DNA of 63,637 nucleotides, the filler included, from Chiloscyllium plagiosum (taxonomy: Eukaryota): assembly GCF_004010195.1 (NCBI RefSeq). It is 6 parts of 6 records of this genome, joined end to end, with 100 filler letters (N's around TTAATTAATTAA, not from the genome) between each part and the next. Parts side by side here need not be neighbours in the genome. Positions count along the whole stretch, not along the records: positions 25,351 to 56,994 come from NC_057721.1; 5 more parts are not named here. One strand, given 5' to 3'. How positions within the stretch are numbered: the first letter of the stretch is position 1; every line of letters starts with the position of its first letter. Below, in pieces: positions 26,031-40,715 of the stretch. The notes beneath the pieces were generated by a model. It was not told the origin of the DNA. It ran no database searches and saw only the letters and a program-made list of their open reading frames with translations. The translations under genes were made by a program, and so were the position numbers.

Positions 26031-27171
26031 CTCTATTATTTCCATTAAAATCCTGACCAAAGAAATAATTAATCTCCTGATATAATCGACTGTAATTTCT
26101 CATCTCACGTTTTATCTGGTAGAAATCTGCCTACATTCTTTTTCTTAATTTACAGTAAACTCTTACTGTTCAAAGGGACTGCGTTGTCAGAGAAAATCAG
26201 AGTCAATGATTTTTGGGAATGGCCAACATATGCAGTGCATGAAGCATGCATAGTGCACACTTTCGCTCTCAACAAACCATGAACAAACATTGGAGGTGCA
26301 TGGGCTACAAGGTACACTTTAGATTTTGTGGATAAGGAAATTCATGAAGAGTGGATGAGGGAATGGCAGGACTTTGATGTGTTATTTCATGGGATATGGA
26401 TATCACAGGCAAGGTCAGCACTTGCTGCTCATCCTGAATTATCCTTGGGATTGTATCAAAGACCCACATTCCTCAATTGCAGCAGTCCACCCAATATGAC
26501 TTTTTCTGTAGTGTTTCAATATAATTGAGTGGCATACAAGGAGATTTTAGGGGACAGATCAAAGGAAGCCACATTGCTATGGATCTGGAATTCCATATAA
26601 GCCTGAACAAGTAAGGATGCCATTTCTCTTTCTTCATTAGTGAACCAGATAAGATTTTTAGAGCAATATAAGATTGTTTCATGGTCACCATGACTAATGC
26701 TAGCTTTCCAATCCAGATTTATTTATTAATTGAATTTAAGTTCTACTAGCTGCCATGGTGAGACTGGAATCCATGTCCCCAGATCATTAGCCTGGTCCTC
26801 TTGAATACTAGTCCAGTAACATTGCCAATATGCCACTACATCTCTGTAAATTGTGTACAAATTTAAGTCATAATATCAAACATACTATCTCGTAAACTCC
26901 AGCATCTTACTCCAAAATCATTCTTCTTGACATTGATCTTTTTGATCATGGTTCCCTATTTGTGCATCCACTTGGTAACTTGACCATGTAAGTTTTAAAG
27001 TTTTATTTAGACATATCAATATTTTCATTTGTGCGCTAGAATGTTAAGAGCTGTACAAAAGACATGTGGAGTTATGCACTGCAAATAGTAAAACATCTTA
27101 TTGTCAATTGCTTGATTTGTTTGCTGTACAGATGATTCATTGGTTTTAAATTATGGGTTAATTAGAGTTGT

Positions 27172-27816
27172 TGTTATGGACTAGGTCAGACCACTCAAAA
27201 CATTCTTAAGCAGGCAGCCCAGACCATAACTTTGCAATTTGTTCCAGTAAGTGTACAGTGAAAATTACCTGAAGTAAGAGAGCTAGGTTGACGACTAGAT
27301 TTTTAAACAGACAAAAATTATTCACAAAACTATACAATAAAACATAAAGAACAGAATAAAGAACCCCTACAGAACTCAGTCTATCCAAACTAGACTTAAT
27401 TATGCTGTTCCAAATACACACAACAGTTCCAATAAGCAAACTCCCTTTAAAACCCAGTATAAATGGAATATATGCTTACAGGTTGAAGTTGAAGGGCAGA
27501 AAGAGAGGGAAAGTTTCCACACAGCTCAGTGTTGAACTCCTCACCAGTTCAGGACTGAACTAAACTGCTCAGCTCGAGAGCTGACCACTTCCCTTTCATT
27601 ATACAGGTCACTTCTAAAACATGACCATTTTGGCCTGAAGTCTCATCTGTTTACATATAAACAAAAGGCCTCTCAAAATCCTTTTCATCCCTGTACCAAA
27701 CCAGTGTGATTGGAGCCCGACCTGGTATATTAACCCTCTGAAAAAAATCAGAGGACAGAGTCTCTTTGAGCCAAGGAACAGCTTTGAGATAAAAAAAAGT
27801 GACTACCTTTGTGACA
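27172..27816. mobile_element. Putative solo LTR
   Basis: ~645-bp block bounded by TGTTAT...GTGACA (imperfect TG/CA inverted termini); no convincing TSD. Confidence 0.45.
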
Positions 27817-28449
27817 AAGTCAACACATTGTTTCAATTAAATATTCAAATCAAGATACAAAGTATCATAAGACAGCAACCTTTCAAACTATTCGATGAAA
27901 ATTAAATATAACACTCTGCTAGGTTGCCACCTGCTCATTAGAAATTCGTGAAAACTTTCAGCAACATACAACATCTCTATCTAGATGAAAATATGTGGAT
28001 TCAGAACTGTTATGTTTTTACAATTTCTTTAGGTTTTTACAATTTCAAAAGAATATTAACTTGTGATTAATGAAAACAATATTTTGTGTATTCCAATATA
28101 TTGTGGTAAACATTTCCAAATAAGATTACTATCCATCAATTCAATCACTATAAATTCACCAGTAATAAATCTCACAATTATATTGTAATCTTGTTATTCA
28201 TAATGCATTAAGGTACCAAGTAATGATGAGAATAAAAGCAATAGATATTTGTCAAAGGTATCAAAATTAGCAGTCTACATGATCACAGAAAGACTGTGAC
28301 TATATGCAATGTTAATAAGGAAATACAAGTAGTCTGCATCTGTATGATGCTTTATTCTGACTACAATTTTCTTCAAAATAAGCCGCTAGTTGACTTGTGC
28401 TCAAATTTATCTCAAACTAGTGAACACGTTGGGGTGTCATGTTACATTT

Positions 28450-28806
28450 ACACGGTGGCTCAGTGGTTAGCACTGCTGCCTCACGGCACTAGGGACCAGG
28501 GTTCAATTCCCACCTCAGGCAACTGCCTGCGTGGAGTTTGCACATTCTCCCCATGTCTGCGTGGGTTTCCTTCGGGTGCTCCGGTTTCCTCCCGCATATT
28601 TGGATGGGTTGGACCGAAGCGTTTGTTTCCATGCTGTACATCTCTAAGATTCTGTGCAGGTTGGGTGAATTGGCCATGCTAAATTGCCAGTGTCAGTTGC
28701 AGGGTTAAATGTAGGGGAATGGGTCTGGGTGGGTTACTCTTCGGAGAGTCGGTGTGGACTTGTTGGGCCGATAGGCCTGTTTCCACACTGTAGAGAATCT
28801 AATCTA
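28450..28806 (+). mobile_element. HE1-type SINE with a small internal CR1-tail insertion
   Basis: cacggtggctcagtggttagcactgctgcctcac (A box), ggttcaattccc (B box) and aatct tail; CR1 3'-end-like piece at ~28600-28650. Confidence 0.85.
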
Positions 28807-30951
28807 AATGTGCTATATACATGCTGTTTCACGTAATATGTATTTAAAGTGATCTTGATACACTTTCTCATCATTGAAAAACTCTACCATCAAACAGTTT
28901 ATAATATGGCAAAAATTGAAGAGTATGAAGATGACAATGTGGAAAGCTGAATAAAATTTAAATACTATTTTATAGAATCTCTTCCACAAAAATAATTTGA
29001 ATCTCCTTATCAGAACATTAGCATAGAATTAAAAAAAATTATTTTATATGTTTTCCATAAATCACGTACAGTCTAATATATCGTGAGCCATATTGAACCA
29101 ATTCTCACTCACAATGCAAGGTTGTGTGGAAAAATAATTGTCTCTATGATAGATCAGAAATCTGACTTATCTAAAGTGGTAAGCTTTGATGTTTCAGGTT
29201 AAAAAACTTTGGAATTACACATGGTATATAGGCTGCTTCAATGTATTTACTGCAACAAAATATGCATTGATCCCAGAGTGAAATGTTATGACTACCCTGT
29301 GACGATGTTTAGATGCTATGAATGCATTGGGAAGACGTCCTGCAGGGAAACCCTGTTGTGAGGCTGTGGGGATAGTTTGCTTCTTTTCTTCTGAAACTAA
29401 TCAATGAACATTTCAGTCCAAATGCATATGTACTCTTTGAGATCTTGAAATCATTAATTTTATTTAATAACTTAAATTATTTATAAATTATTTTTGGATT
29501 CTGAGATCTGTGAATCAGCAGATCTGTACATATGGTTTAGAGTTAGCGGTAGGATTACTAAAATATGACATCCTAATCATTTGCAACTGAGAATTATGAG
29601 TTTTCATTGGTAGTTTTATAAAATCAGTTTCATTGATTTCTTGCCACTGATTAATTTTTGCCATTATTAAATCTGAGTAGGTTATAGACTAAGGTTATTC
29701 TTATTCACCAATGGGATGTGGGCATTGCTTGCGGGCCAGAATTTATTGTCCACTGCTAATTGCTGAGAAAAACAGTTGAGAGTCAACCACATTGCTGCGA
29801 ATCTTTAATCACATTTAGGCCAGACCAGGTAAGGATGGAAGATTTCCTTCCCTAATAAGAACATTAGTGAACCACATGGGTTTTTACAGCAGTCAACAAT
29901 GGCAAACGTGAGGACTGCAGATGCTGGAGATTAGAGTCGGGAGTGTGGTACTGGAAAAGTGGATCACCAGGGTTTGATTTAATTCCAGATTTTTATTCAA
30001 TGCAAATTTCATGATCTGCCATAGTAGCAAAATACTGCAGATGCTGGAATTCCAAAATAAATGCTGAAGAAACTCAGCAGCTCAGGCAGCATCTGCGGAC
30101 AGACGAACAGCTAATATTTGAAGTTCAAAATGACTCAGTTCTTGAAGAAGTGTCATACTGGACTTGAAACATTAACTTGATTGATCTCTGCACAGATGTC
30201 ATCACACTTGCTGAATTTCTTCTACATTTTCTGTGCTTGTTTCACTCTCTGCTGTGGTGGGATTCAAACCTACAACTCCTAGAACATTTTTCTGAGGCCC
30301 TGGATTATTAGTCCAGTAACTATCATGACACAACCATCTCCCCTTAAGGTCTGTCAATTTTCATTCCTTCATTAACCCACGCTCAGAGAAACACAAGATG
30401 GCTTTGATATTCCTCACAAGATGTTTCAGGGCTCTATAAAAACTTTTCACGTTCACATCACGTGATTGTAATTAATCAGATATTTATTTACAGTGATGAG
30501 TTAATGACTTACTTATTTCCTTAAAAGCAAGAGTAAAATTTTACACTGTGGAATTAACAAGAACTTCTTTGATAAATAACATGTATTGGTGTGTAGTAAC
30601 TATTTCCTTTACACCAACATGGTTTTGTGTAGCTATCAAACTTTTAGTTAATGGATTTCTATAATTTTCACATTACTGGTTTATTTTCTTATCCAATGTA
30701 AATGTCAATGTAAATGAGCCAAAGTTCCCTGACATTCAGCATGCTAGGATCAGAAAAATCATCTAACTTTAATTGCTTTCCCACCACCAACCTCTGGGTC
30801 TGGTTGCATTAGTCTTCCACGTACCCTTTCTCCCTCAATCTAATCATGTGCAGCCCATTTGATGCCCATGTCCAATCCAACCCTCTGCTATCATAGAATA
30901 AAATCATGATGATCAGAGAATGAGGCTATTTGGCCTATTGAGATCATGCTA

Positions 30952-31210
30952 TGATTTGGAGATGCCGGTGTTGGACTAGGGTGTACAAAGTTAAAAATCA
31001 CACAACACCAGGTTATAGTCCAACAGATTTAATTGGAAGCACACTAGCTTTCGGAGCGACGCTCCTTCATCGGGTGATAGTGGAGGGCTTGATCGTAACA
31101 CAGAATTTATAGCAAAAAATTTGCAGTGTGATATAACTGAAATTATACATTGAAAAATTGATTGTCTATTAAGCCTTTCATCTGTTAGAATACAGTGATA
31201 GTGATACAGT
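30952..31210 (-). mobile_element. Short Penelope-like terminal fragment with 10-bp TSD
   Basis: GATCATGCTA at 30942-30951 and 31211-31220; body matches 35110-35305 in reverse. Confidence 0.7.
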
Positions 31211-33925
31211 GATCATGCTAGTTCTCCACAAGAGTTATTTAGCTAGCCCTATTTCCCAACCCTTTAATAATAGTCCAATCTTTATCTGGTTCCCTTTTAA
31301 AGGTTTGGATAGAATGCATCTTCATCAACTCCTCAATGATTTAAAAAGATGAAAATTTCCTATAAATCTAAATTCAAGTGTGTTTCCTCTCAGAATTAAA
31401 AATCCTGCATTCTGAAATCACCTTCTTGATTTTATCTGAAGTATTATAAAATACATCCTTTGATTTAGAAGATAGAGAATTGTTCACCGACTGCAAATAA
31501 TAGACCATCCATCATCAAGATGAGAAAAAGTCCACTTGCTTTTCTAAACGAGCCTACTTAGCAAGCAGCAAGAAAATGGAAATGAATCATTTCGTTGAAG
31601 CAGCCAAGACTCAGACTGGTGTCAATGTATTGATATATCTACAGACAAGAGCGAAGTTACTTGAGAACATAAATTTGTTACATGCTACTTACACTTTTAA
31701 ATTCAGTGCCAGTTACTTCATCTGCATCCAGGAAGGAAAAGGCACAAGAAACAATTGGTTGACTGTGAATTAATTTCAGCTCTTTGACAAAATCCTGGAA
31801 TTTCTCTAATGTTCAGATGTTGAAGGACGTTCAAATGTATTGGGCTCAAATTTTCTTTTATAGATAGCCCTGTCAGGGGCTGTTGTGAAACTAGAGCACT
31901 GCTGATGTAATATCACTGTGTTTGTTTGCTTCCTTCCTCCTCCAGCACTGCAAATAAACTTTCACAAATAAATATCAGAGATAGGGATTGTTCCAAAGTG
32001 CCACTAGTCTATGAGAATCTGATTTCTTCAGTCTCAAATCTCAGCAGAAATCTCATTTTAAAGCAGAAAAAGCATCACCAATGAGCAGAAACTGCAAAAT
32101 AGCAAATAGATTGTTTATGAACCTAATCATTTATTTGCAACAAAAATCTGCCATCTATACCAAGACTTTTCTCTCTTCAGAAATGTATTTCCTGCACTTA
32201 ATCTCGGGTAACTGCAATTTAACCTCTTCACACCAGGTCTTATCGTTTTCACCAGTGCATGATTCAAACAAATGAATGATCAGTGGCTTTGCACAATGCT
32301 GCAAACATGAAGAGACTTTGAAAACTCGCTTAAGTGCTGATTTCGAAGGGCTAGAATCATGAATTGATGTGCAGTGTAAACAGACATGATTATGGGGCAA
32401 CATTTAGACAGAACTGAACGTTGATTTTGAATGTTATTGTTGTTATTCTACACATTGAATCAGGTGCAATGGCAACTGCGAGAGAATGTATTTCACTCAA
32501 TTAGTTACCTTTCAGATGATTGCTGATTCAGTTTTGTTAATTATTAGAAAATCATTCGTATTCTTGAACTAGTGCATTAATGTCATGAGGTATCTAACCA
32601 TATCTTTTTTATTGACTTACCAGATAAGCTACCTTGCAACGTAATTTAGTAGATGTGCTTCCTTTACTAAAGCAGATTACAATGGGCTAATATGTTAGTT
32701 GCAATGAAATAAAATTGTTTAGATTGGATAGTGCAAACACCAAGAGCTGTCTTTAGCTGGTTTGAGTTAAATGAATATCGTTTTAATTGTTCTGAACAAA
32801 GGGGCTTATCTTTTCCAAAGTCTGAAATTTTTCATTCACTGAAGCATTTCACATTGTCATACAAATAAAACTTTTTGGAGTCATGAATTTATATTCCACA
32901 AAATTAAATTTTAGTCAGCATTTATTTAATTCACAAATGAATAATAACTGAGCTGAGAGCTGTAATAGTTGCATTAATTCAGCCTTCCAGCAACCAATGG
33001 CGTATGAAAGGTCAGAAGAGAATGGAACTCATAAGGAGTGATTAGAATATAACTACTGACATTTTCATTCATATATTTTACTGCTTTTAAGTCTAAATTT
33101 ATTTTAACCTTTTTCATCTCTGTTGTTCAATGTTGGGAGCTGTTTGTTTTGTACCTTGAAATGAATGGGTTTGTAGTAGCAATGGGTGATTAATTGCTTA
33201 AAAAATGCAATTAGCTGTTCAGTTTCCAGCTTTAACCTTTGCTGCTGGGCTCTTTCTTAGTTCAGTATAAATTTGAGTTAAGTATTAAGAACTCAGTCTT
33301 ACAGCGACATACCAATGAAGTGTGAAAGGCTAGGACAGTATGACTAGTTGTTGCAGATGGTGCATTAGATATAGTTTTCATTGAGTTTTGCCAGGTTTTT
33401 GAAAAGGTTCTACATAGAAGACTGGTCATTTACTTAAAATCACACAAGTTTCCAAGGGAAAGTGGTTTGTTGGATTAAATATTGATAAATGTTGATGGAT
33501 GTTTTTGCGACTGGTTGGCTGTTGTGCAGGGCTCAGTATTCAGTCTCTGCTGTTTGTTGTAGGTATCAAGTATTTATACATAAAGTGGAGGGGCCTCAAT
33601 TTAGTAGAAAATGCAAAAATTGTGTGCATTGGTAGTGAAAAAGAAAACTATACATTTGCAACAAGCTAGCAAAAGGTTTGGTCAGGTGGCCAAAAAAATG
33701 GCCAATAGAATTCAATACAGAGAAGCATGAGGTGATAGATTCTGGAGAAACAGTCAAAGTAATACACAAAGAATAATAAGATTCTGAAAAGTGTAGAGGA
33801 ACAGACGAACCATACATATACCCACAGATCCCTGGAAGCAAGACATTGGTGAGATGGTTAAGTAGGCCATGGTTTGCAGTATAAAAGCAGAGATACTACT
33901 CTATAACTGCATAAAAAAGTTACAC

Positions 33926-34145
33926 TGGTAGTGATTGGAATGAGGGCCAGGTGGATCTCAATGACAATGAGATCCTTGATTGGGGTTGTTAACCTGGGCA
34001 TTCAGGGAGCCCTGGCTGACAGATATAAAGAGGAAATTCAGAGAGTCTCCTCAGTCTGAGCTGGCTGGTCAGAGCCCATGTACAGTGCACATGTAAATAA
34101 AGGGTGACTTGGTGATGGAATACCAGCCTCTGTGCAGTTTTTCCA
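33926..34145 (+). mobile_element. Putative solo LTR inserted in a decayed CR1
   Basis: TG...CA termini, with internal TATAAA (~34024) and AATAAA (~34096). Confidence 0.55.
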
Positions 34146-34329
34146 ATAGCCAGGAGTAATACATACCAAATGGATTGGGCATTACATTAGACAGAGAACA
34201 GAGGAAATTCACAATGATATTTCCATCAGTGCAAAATTTCAGATGTGTGGTCAGGTTGATTGCACAGACTAATTTTATTTGGAAGAGAGGAAGCTATTAG
34301 AGGATTTATTATAACATTAACAGCTCTAT

Positions 34330-35305
34330 GGCCTCAGCTACGGCATTGGATGAATGGGCACCACACAACAATCACCAGCCAGGAGTGTTCCTTCCCAGTC
34401 GGGGAACACTTCAGCAGTCTGGGAGGTTCGACCTCGGACCTTTGGGTGACCATCCTCCAGGGCGGACCTTGGGATATGCAACAATGCAGAGTGGTCAAGC
34501 AGAGGCTGATTGCCAAGTTCGTTACCCATGGGGATGGTCTCAACCAGGACCTTGGGTTCATGTCACACTACAGGTGACCCCACTGCAATATACCTCTCTC
34601 TCTCTCTCACACTCACACACAAACTCATATAGACCCTCTTATACACAAGCTCTCTCTCATATGCTTGCATATACACCCCTCACACTCATACCCACACACA
34701 CACCTTCTCACAGACTTATACCCCTTCAGACTCACATACACATACACACATACATTCTCACAGACATTCATAACTCCCACCCCCCCCCATCACACGCACA
34801 CATATAAGTTTGTGGATTGAAGTTGTACTTGCAGAATTTTATCTTGCTGAAACCTTGCATGAATCCATGTAAAATTCTGTAAATCCCTTTTTAGAAATAG
34901 AATCAGTCTGAACATTGGGGTAAAGACAGACAGACTTTAACCTCACACCTTCAATGCATTATCTGAACTGACATGGCACCTATTGTTAAAGTTCACTTGA
35001 GAACGTAACTTTAAAGGAAGTTCTGAAATTTACATATTAAAGAACTGAAATCAACATGGTCATTCTAAGAGATAAAAGACTTAACAAACATTCCAGGTCT
35101 TCTTCAATATATCATTTCAGTTGCATCACACTGTAAACCTTTGCTATAAATTCTGTATCTTACAATCTTATACTCCACAACCACCTGATAAACATAAAGT
35201 GCTCCGAAAGCTAGTGCTTCCAAATAAACCTGTTGGACTATAACCTGGTGTTTGTGTGACTTTCAACTTTGTACACCCCGGTCCAACACCGACACCTCCA
35301 AATCA
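34330..35305 (+). mobile_element. Penelope-like element 3' portion with CA-rich tract
   Basis: PVGEHFSS.G....DL.VTILQGG...QRLIAKF.TH.DGLN.DLGFMSHY resembles a GIY-YIG C-terminus; terminal ccaaataaacctgttggactataacctggtg. Confidence 0.8.
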
Positions 35306-35949
35306 GGAAGGTATAAAGCAGCCTCAGGAGGATGTGGATAGACTTAATGAATGGGCTAGAACATGAAAGATGGAATATAATGTGGTAAATGTGAGGTTGT
35401 CCACTTTGGTAGGAAAAGCATTATGATGAACTTCACTGAATATAATACTAAGTTTTATGATTTTATGGGAAGAGCTCAGAGCACAACAAGAACTCCTGTT
35501 CTTTATGGAACTTGTTAGGCACTCAGCAGACACAGAACCTTCACCAGATTGGTGCATGTTGTTGCTGAAACTGGATAATAATGGAAACGCAGTCCTTGTT
35601 ATCAGGGTGCTGCTTGTCTCACTGTTTGAAGTGTGCAGTCCTCATCTGCAGGGCATGGCACCATTGACTGTTCTCAGAGCTGAGAACCTGTTTTATTCTT
35701 TACGTTCCCCATATATGTCATTGCAACAAGTCTGCTGCAGATGGACTTTGATTGTTGCGGCTCCCTTCCTAAGAAAGTGCCGTGACTCCATTTCTGAGGA
35801 TGAGCGGGGCACAGTGTTGATGAATGCCCTAGGACACTGTGATGGAATTGTGTCTGATGTTAGAGTAGGACCTAATGGTTACAGGAGTGGGAAGCTTTCG
35901 TCTCCTAGTAGCTGGGAAGTTGACAGCTGCTTTGATGTTTTATGTAATT

Positions 35950-36600
35950 GGCTCCTTACAAGGAATGGTGGGTGATCGGTGTGGGATCTCTCTGTTGTGT
36001 TCCCACAAATGCATCAGGACTGTGACCAATGCTATTTATGCAAGATGACACTGGCTCATTTTGCTTCCCCCATGATGAGTTGAGCAGTAAATCCCAGGCA
36101 GTAGGGGTCAGGAACATACCTGACACTCTATAGATGCAGGGTGCCATTGACTGCTTACACATGGCGCTGAGAGGGCCCTATCACAACACTGCCGAATTTA
36201 TCAACAGGAAAGGGCTCTATTCCATCAATGTTCTGGTGGTCTGTGGTTGCTGTCACCAGTTCCTGAAGGTGTGTGCCCACCACCCTGATTGCTGCCAGGA
36301 CTCCTAATGCCAGAGCACTCTTGTGAACCTTGGTATTTGAGGGTCAAGGTACCATACAAGGCTTGTTACTAGGGGTTAAGGGATACCCACTGTGACTTTG
36401 GCTCATGACACAATTGTGCAGCACCCAGCTGAAGTACAGCACAGATAAAATGCTGCTCCTGCTTTGACCGTGGTTGAGTAGATGAAAGGAATAGTGAGCT
36501 ATGGTTCCAGTACTTGCACCAGTCTGGGCTAGGAGCCCTTCACTATAATGCAGACTGAGTGTGCCACACCCTAGCAAATTGTGCTCTGCAATGAGGCAAT
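35950..36600 (+). mobile_element. PIF/Harbinger (HARBI1-like) DDE transposase relic
   Basis: 36137-36307 translates QGAIDCLHMALRGP...FINRKGLYSINVLVVC...HPDCCQDS*; ~36363 gives LLLGVKGYPL*LWLMT. Confidence 0.82.
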
Positions 36601-37068
36601 GTGATAGATGCTGAGGAACTGAGGGATCAGGAACATTTGTCTGAGGACGAGGATAAAACATTGAGCTAGAAGAAGCTCTCCTTGTGGGTGACAGAGCTTA
36701 GGTCTTCGGTGTTGGCGGTGCTACAAGCCAGATAGGACCTGGTTGAAATCCAGTTGAGAGATGAGATTTGGGGTCAAAAGACAACTGTGGACTATAAAAC
36801 AACTATTGGTTGTCATTCCAGCATTTAGTTTGCATTGTGGTCACATTTCAGCCTGTGCTCAGTTTGTTTGCATTCTCTTTTGCTAGCTGTTAATAAAAGC
36901 CCATCTTTGGAATTGTCTAATTGTTTACCTGTCTGTGATGTTCCCCTATTGCATAATGACAATCTATAGTCTACAGTGGCCATTAGGAAGCTGGGAGAGG
37001 CTGGTTAGACAAGAGGTAGAGGGATAGAGTGTGTGGCCTGATGGGTAAACAATGACTAAAGTGAGAGA

Positions 37069-37204
37069 TTCCATTCCTGATGCAGGGCTTTTGCCCGAAG
37101 AGTCGACTTTCCTGCTCCTCGGATGCTGCCTGACCTGCTGTGCTTTTCCAGCACCACTCTAATCTTGACTCTGATCTCCAGCATCTGCAGTCCTCACTTT
37201 TGCC
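37069..37204 (+). mobile_element. Short Penelope-like terminal fragment with TSD
   Basis: CTAAAGTGAGAGA flanks both sides (~37056 and ~37204). Confidence 0.65.
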
Positions 37205-39959
37205 TAAAGTGAGAGAATGCCAGGGTTACATTGCCAGGGAGTGTAAAACATGCTAGCTATGTGCTGCGGTCAGTATGGTTTTGTGTCTGCTGTGTCCTTT
37301 CATTGCTAATGATGGGCAACAGTAGATTGCTAATACATTTCTTGGTGCACAGCGACCTTTCAAAGATGGTGTTGGTGCCATGGATGTTCATTTTTTCAGG
37401 GCGATCTGGTGAATTCTTCTGGGAATGACATATGATAGAAGAGGACTAGAATTGGGTGAGAGCGGTACTGTATGTTCGTTTGGGAAGTTAATGAGGTGAG
37501 ATATGGTGAGAAAACGCACTAGGCTTCATGGAGGGAAACCCTCTGAAACTTGAATGAATTGACACTCGTATATGCTTCAATATGGTCACTTCTCATTCCT
37601 CATGACTACAAGCTGAACCTACTTAACCTCTCATGAAAAATTCCTCTATGCACAGGATCAACCTTATGATCTGCATTGCCTCCAATGCAGTATATCGTTC
37701 CTTAGATAAGAAGACCAGATCTGTTCATGGTATTCTAGTCCTGGTATGACTAATGCTGTGTATAATTTTAATACGATCTCCCTATTTTTATACTCCATGC
37801 CTTTGAAATAAAGGCCAGCATTCCCATGTTCTTCCCTACTATCTGCTGAGCTTTGGAAATTAGCTTTTTTATGAATTATGGATGAGGACCCCCAAGTCCC
37901 TCCTTGTTGCAGGTTTCTGCAGTCTTTCTCCATTTAAATAATATTGTTTTACTATTTTTCTTGCTAATATGTAGAAGAATTCTTGTACACAAGTATTTAT
38001 GTCTTCATTCCAGTTCATTTTCTGGTCAATGGTAACCTCCCAGGATGTTGATATTGGAGGATTCAGTAATGGAAATGCCACAGAATGACAAGAGCCAGTC
38101 ACTGGATTCTCTCTTTTTGGAGATGAACAATGTCTGGCATTTGTGTGGCATGAATATCATTTGCCATTTATTAACACAAGACCAGATGTTGCCCATCAAC
38201 AATGTGGATCTACTTCAGTATCTGAGGAGTCTCATATGGTCCTGAAAACTGCGTAAACATCAGCAAATATCCCCATTCCTGATCATATAGTGGAGGGAAG
38301 GCCATTGGTAATGCTAATGAAGATGGGTTGGGTCCAGGAACCCAGTATGTGGAACTCCTGCAGTGTTGCCCTGTAGTTGAGATGGTAGATCGCCAACAAT
38401 CACAACCACCAACCAAACTGCACCTAAAATTGTACCCATTTTGAAAAGTTTTCTTCTCCTCTAGAGTTTCCACTTAAGTCTATTTAATTGAATGCAAAAT
38501 GTGCCATGAACGAGCATGCATGCATTTTAAAATAGATTAATTTTTTTTAAACATGTTGCTTGAGGTCACAATATCTGGGGTGATCCATGGACACTACGCT
38601 TTCAATCATAGTGTTGTTAGGCTTGCTCAGAAACTGTTTATATTTTGTTTTCTATTAGACCAAGTATTGCCTCATGAAACAAAAAATATAGATATGCAGA
38701 TCAAAGTAGGCCAGTGGTTAAATTTGAGAAGTGACCTTGTTTACATACCAATGCCTTTCTGCTCAAAATCAAGCAGATGAAAGCAGATGAAATTGAAGTT
38801 TCCTGATTCAAAGGTGTCCTCGCTTCTCACTTTAGATAAGTAAGACCTAACCTTCACACTTGCTGTAATGGTTTAATAATCTAAATTTAAGTTTTCTCTG
38901 GTTGAAAGCTAAACAAAACAAATGCTAATTATTTTTCTTAATGCTGCCTTGGCTGAATTTTAAGAGTAGGAAAATCTTTTTAATATGGGAGTCATGAATT
39001 AAGTTAAAAATATATGGCATGTACAGTGGTTTGTGTGGAGAACTGTATGTATGGCAGGGTTTTGAATTGGGTCCTAACTGCATTGAGTTAGTTGAACTGA
39101 GCTGGGCTAGCAGCATAATTGTTACAATTAGCTTCAGTGGCAATGAGCCAGGTAGAGAGATAGCATCCACCTTCCTCTTTCAATCACTGTCAGCACTGGA
39201 CTTCCTAATTTGTGGCAGATTTGGGCAGATTGCCCCTCACTCCTTTTTTTTACAAAACATAGGCACTCCATTTCTGTGGACCTGACACCCCTCTTCCCTT
39301 GGACCCAAAACCCCTCTTCCCTCACTGCTGAAGGCCATGCCCTCTTCTGCTTCAACCCAATCGACCCTCTCCCACGCTGAACCCTAAACTTCCCCCCTTC
39401 CACTCTGCTCCAGACCTAAAGTCCCCTTTCTTACTCCTGACACAGTACACCCGCCCCTACTATGGAACCATCAGCCCCTTCCCCACTCTGGACCTGACCA
39501 TCTCTGTGCCACAGCAGGACCCTGCTCACATGCCCGCTCCACCTTTCTCACCCCTCCCACACAAGATTGACACCATCACTCCCACCCTCACCAGACCCTA
39601 TGTCTCCCACCCATCCAACCTACCCTAACCCCACTCCATCAGTTACCTAGCCCCCTTGTCCCCTGGCACTTTACTTTCCCAACATCCTAATCTTACATAC
39701 TTATCCTTTCACAGAAGTTGTCAAAATGGTTGTAAGATGGGAGAGGGAGTTGTCAGGTCAGAGCTTTCAGGATCTGGGGAGTGTAGTTGAGGGTGGCTGA
39801 GGTAAGCTGGGGATCAGTTCAATGGTTACTGAGAAGTTAGACACAATATTTAATAGAGTAACTTTTCCCAAATAATTATCTGCTTAACTGTAGTGGAACC
39901 ATATGAATGTTTCAATTTAAATGGACACCATTGAAGATTTTGAGACAATGTAGAGGTGA

Positions 39960-40715
39960 GGCATGTTCTGCAGTATTGTGTTTAGTTCTGGTCACCCTGT
40001 TATAGGAAGGATATTATTAAGCTGGAGAAGGTTCAGGAAAGATTTACCAGGATGTTGGCAGGAATGGAGGGTTTGAGTCATAAGGAGAGGCAAGATAGGC
40101 TGGGACTTTCCTCACTGGAGCATAGGTGTTTGAGGGGTGACCTTATAAAAGGTTTATAGAATCATGAGGGGTATAGATAAGGTGAATGGCAGGTATCTAT
40201 TCCCTTGTCTGGGGGATTTCAAGACTAGCGGGTATACTTTAAGGTGAGAGGAGAAAGATTTTAAAAAAGACATGAGGTGCAATCTTTTACATAGAGAGTG
40301 GTTTGTGTGTGAAATGAACTTCCAGAGTCAGAGTTATAGCCATACAACATGAAAACAGACCCTGTAATCCATCTCCTCCATTTGGTCTAAGTTTCCCAAA
40401 TTAAACTAGTCCATTGTTTAGACCAGTGCTTGGCACATATCCATCCAAACATTTCCCATCCACCTACCTGTCCGAATGTCTTTTAAATTTTACAACTGTA
40501 CCTGCATCTGTCACTTCATTCCATGGATGAACCACCCTCTAAGTGAAACGTTGCCCTCAGGTCCCTTTTAAATTTTTCTCCTCTTACCTTAAAACTATAC
40601 CGCTAGTTTTGAACTCCACAGCTGTTGGGAAAAGCCCTTTGCTATTCACCTTTTCTAAACCCCTCATTATTTTATAGACCTATATTAGATCACTCCTGAA
40701 TCTCCTCTGCAGCAG
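39960..40715. mobile_element. CR1 3' fragments in opposite orientations
   Basis: + strand CR1 ORF2 end at 39960-40325; - strand CR1 tail at 40325-40715. Confidence 0.7.

Noticed and set aside
28450-28520. tRNA gene
   Set aside because: The A and B boxes belong to a tRNA-derived SINE head present in many copies.
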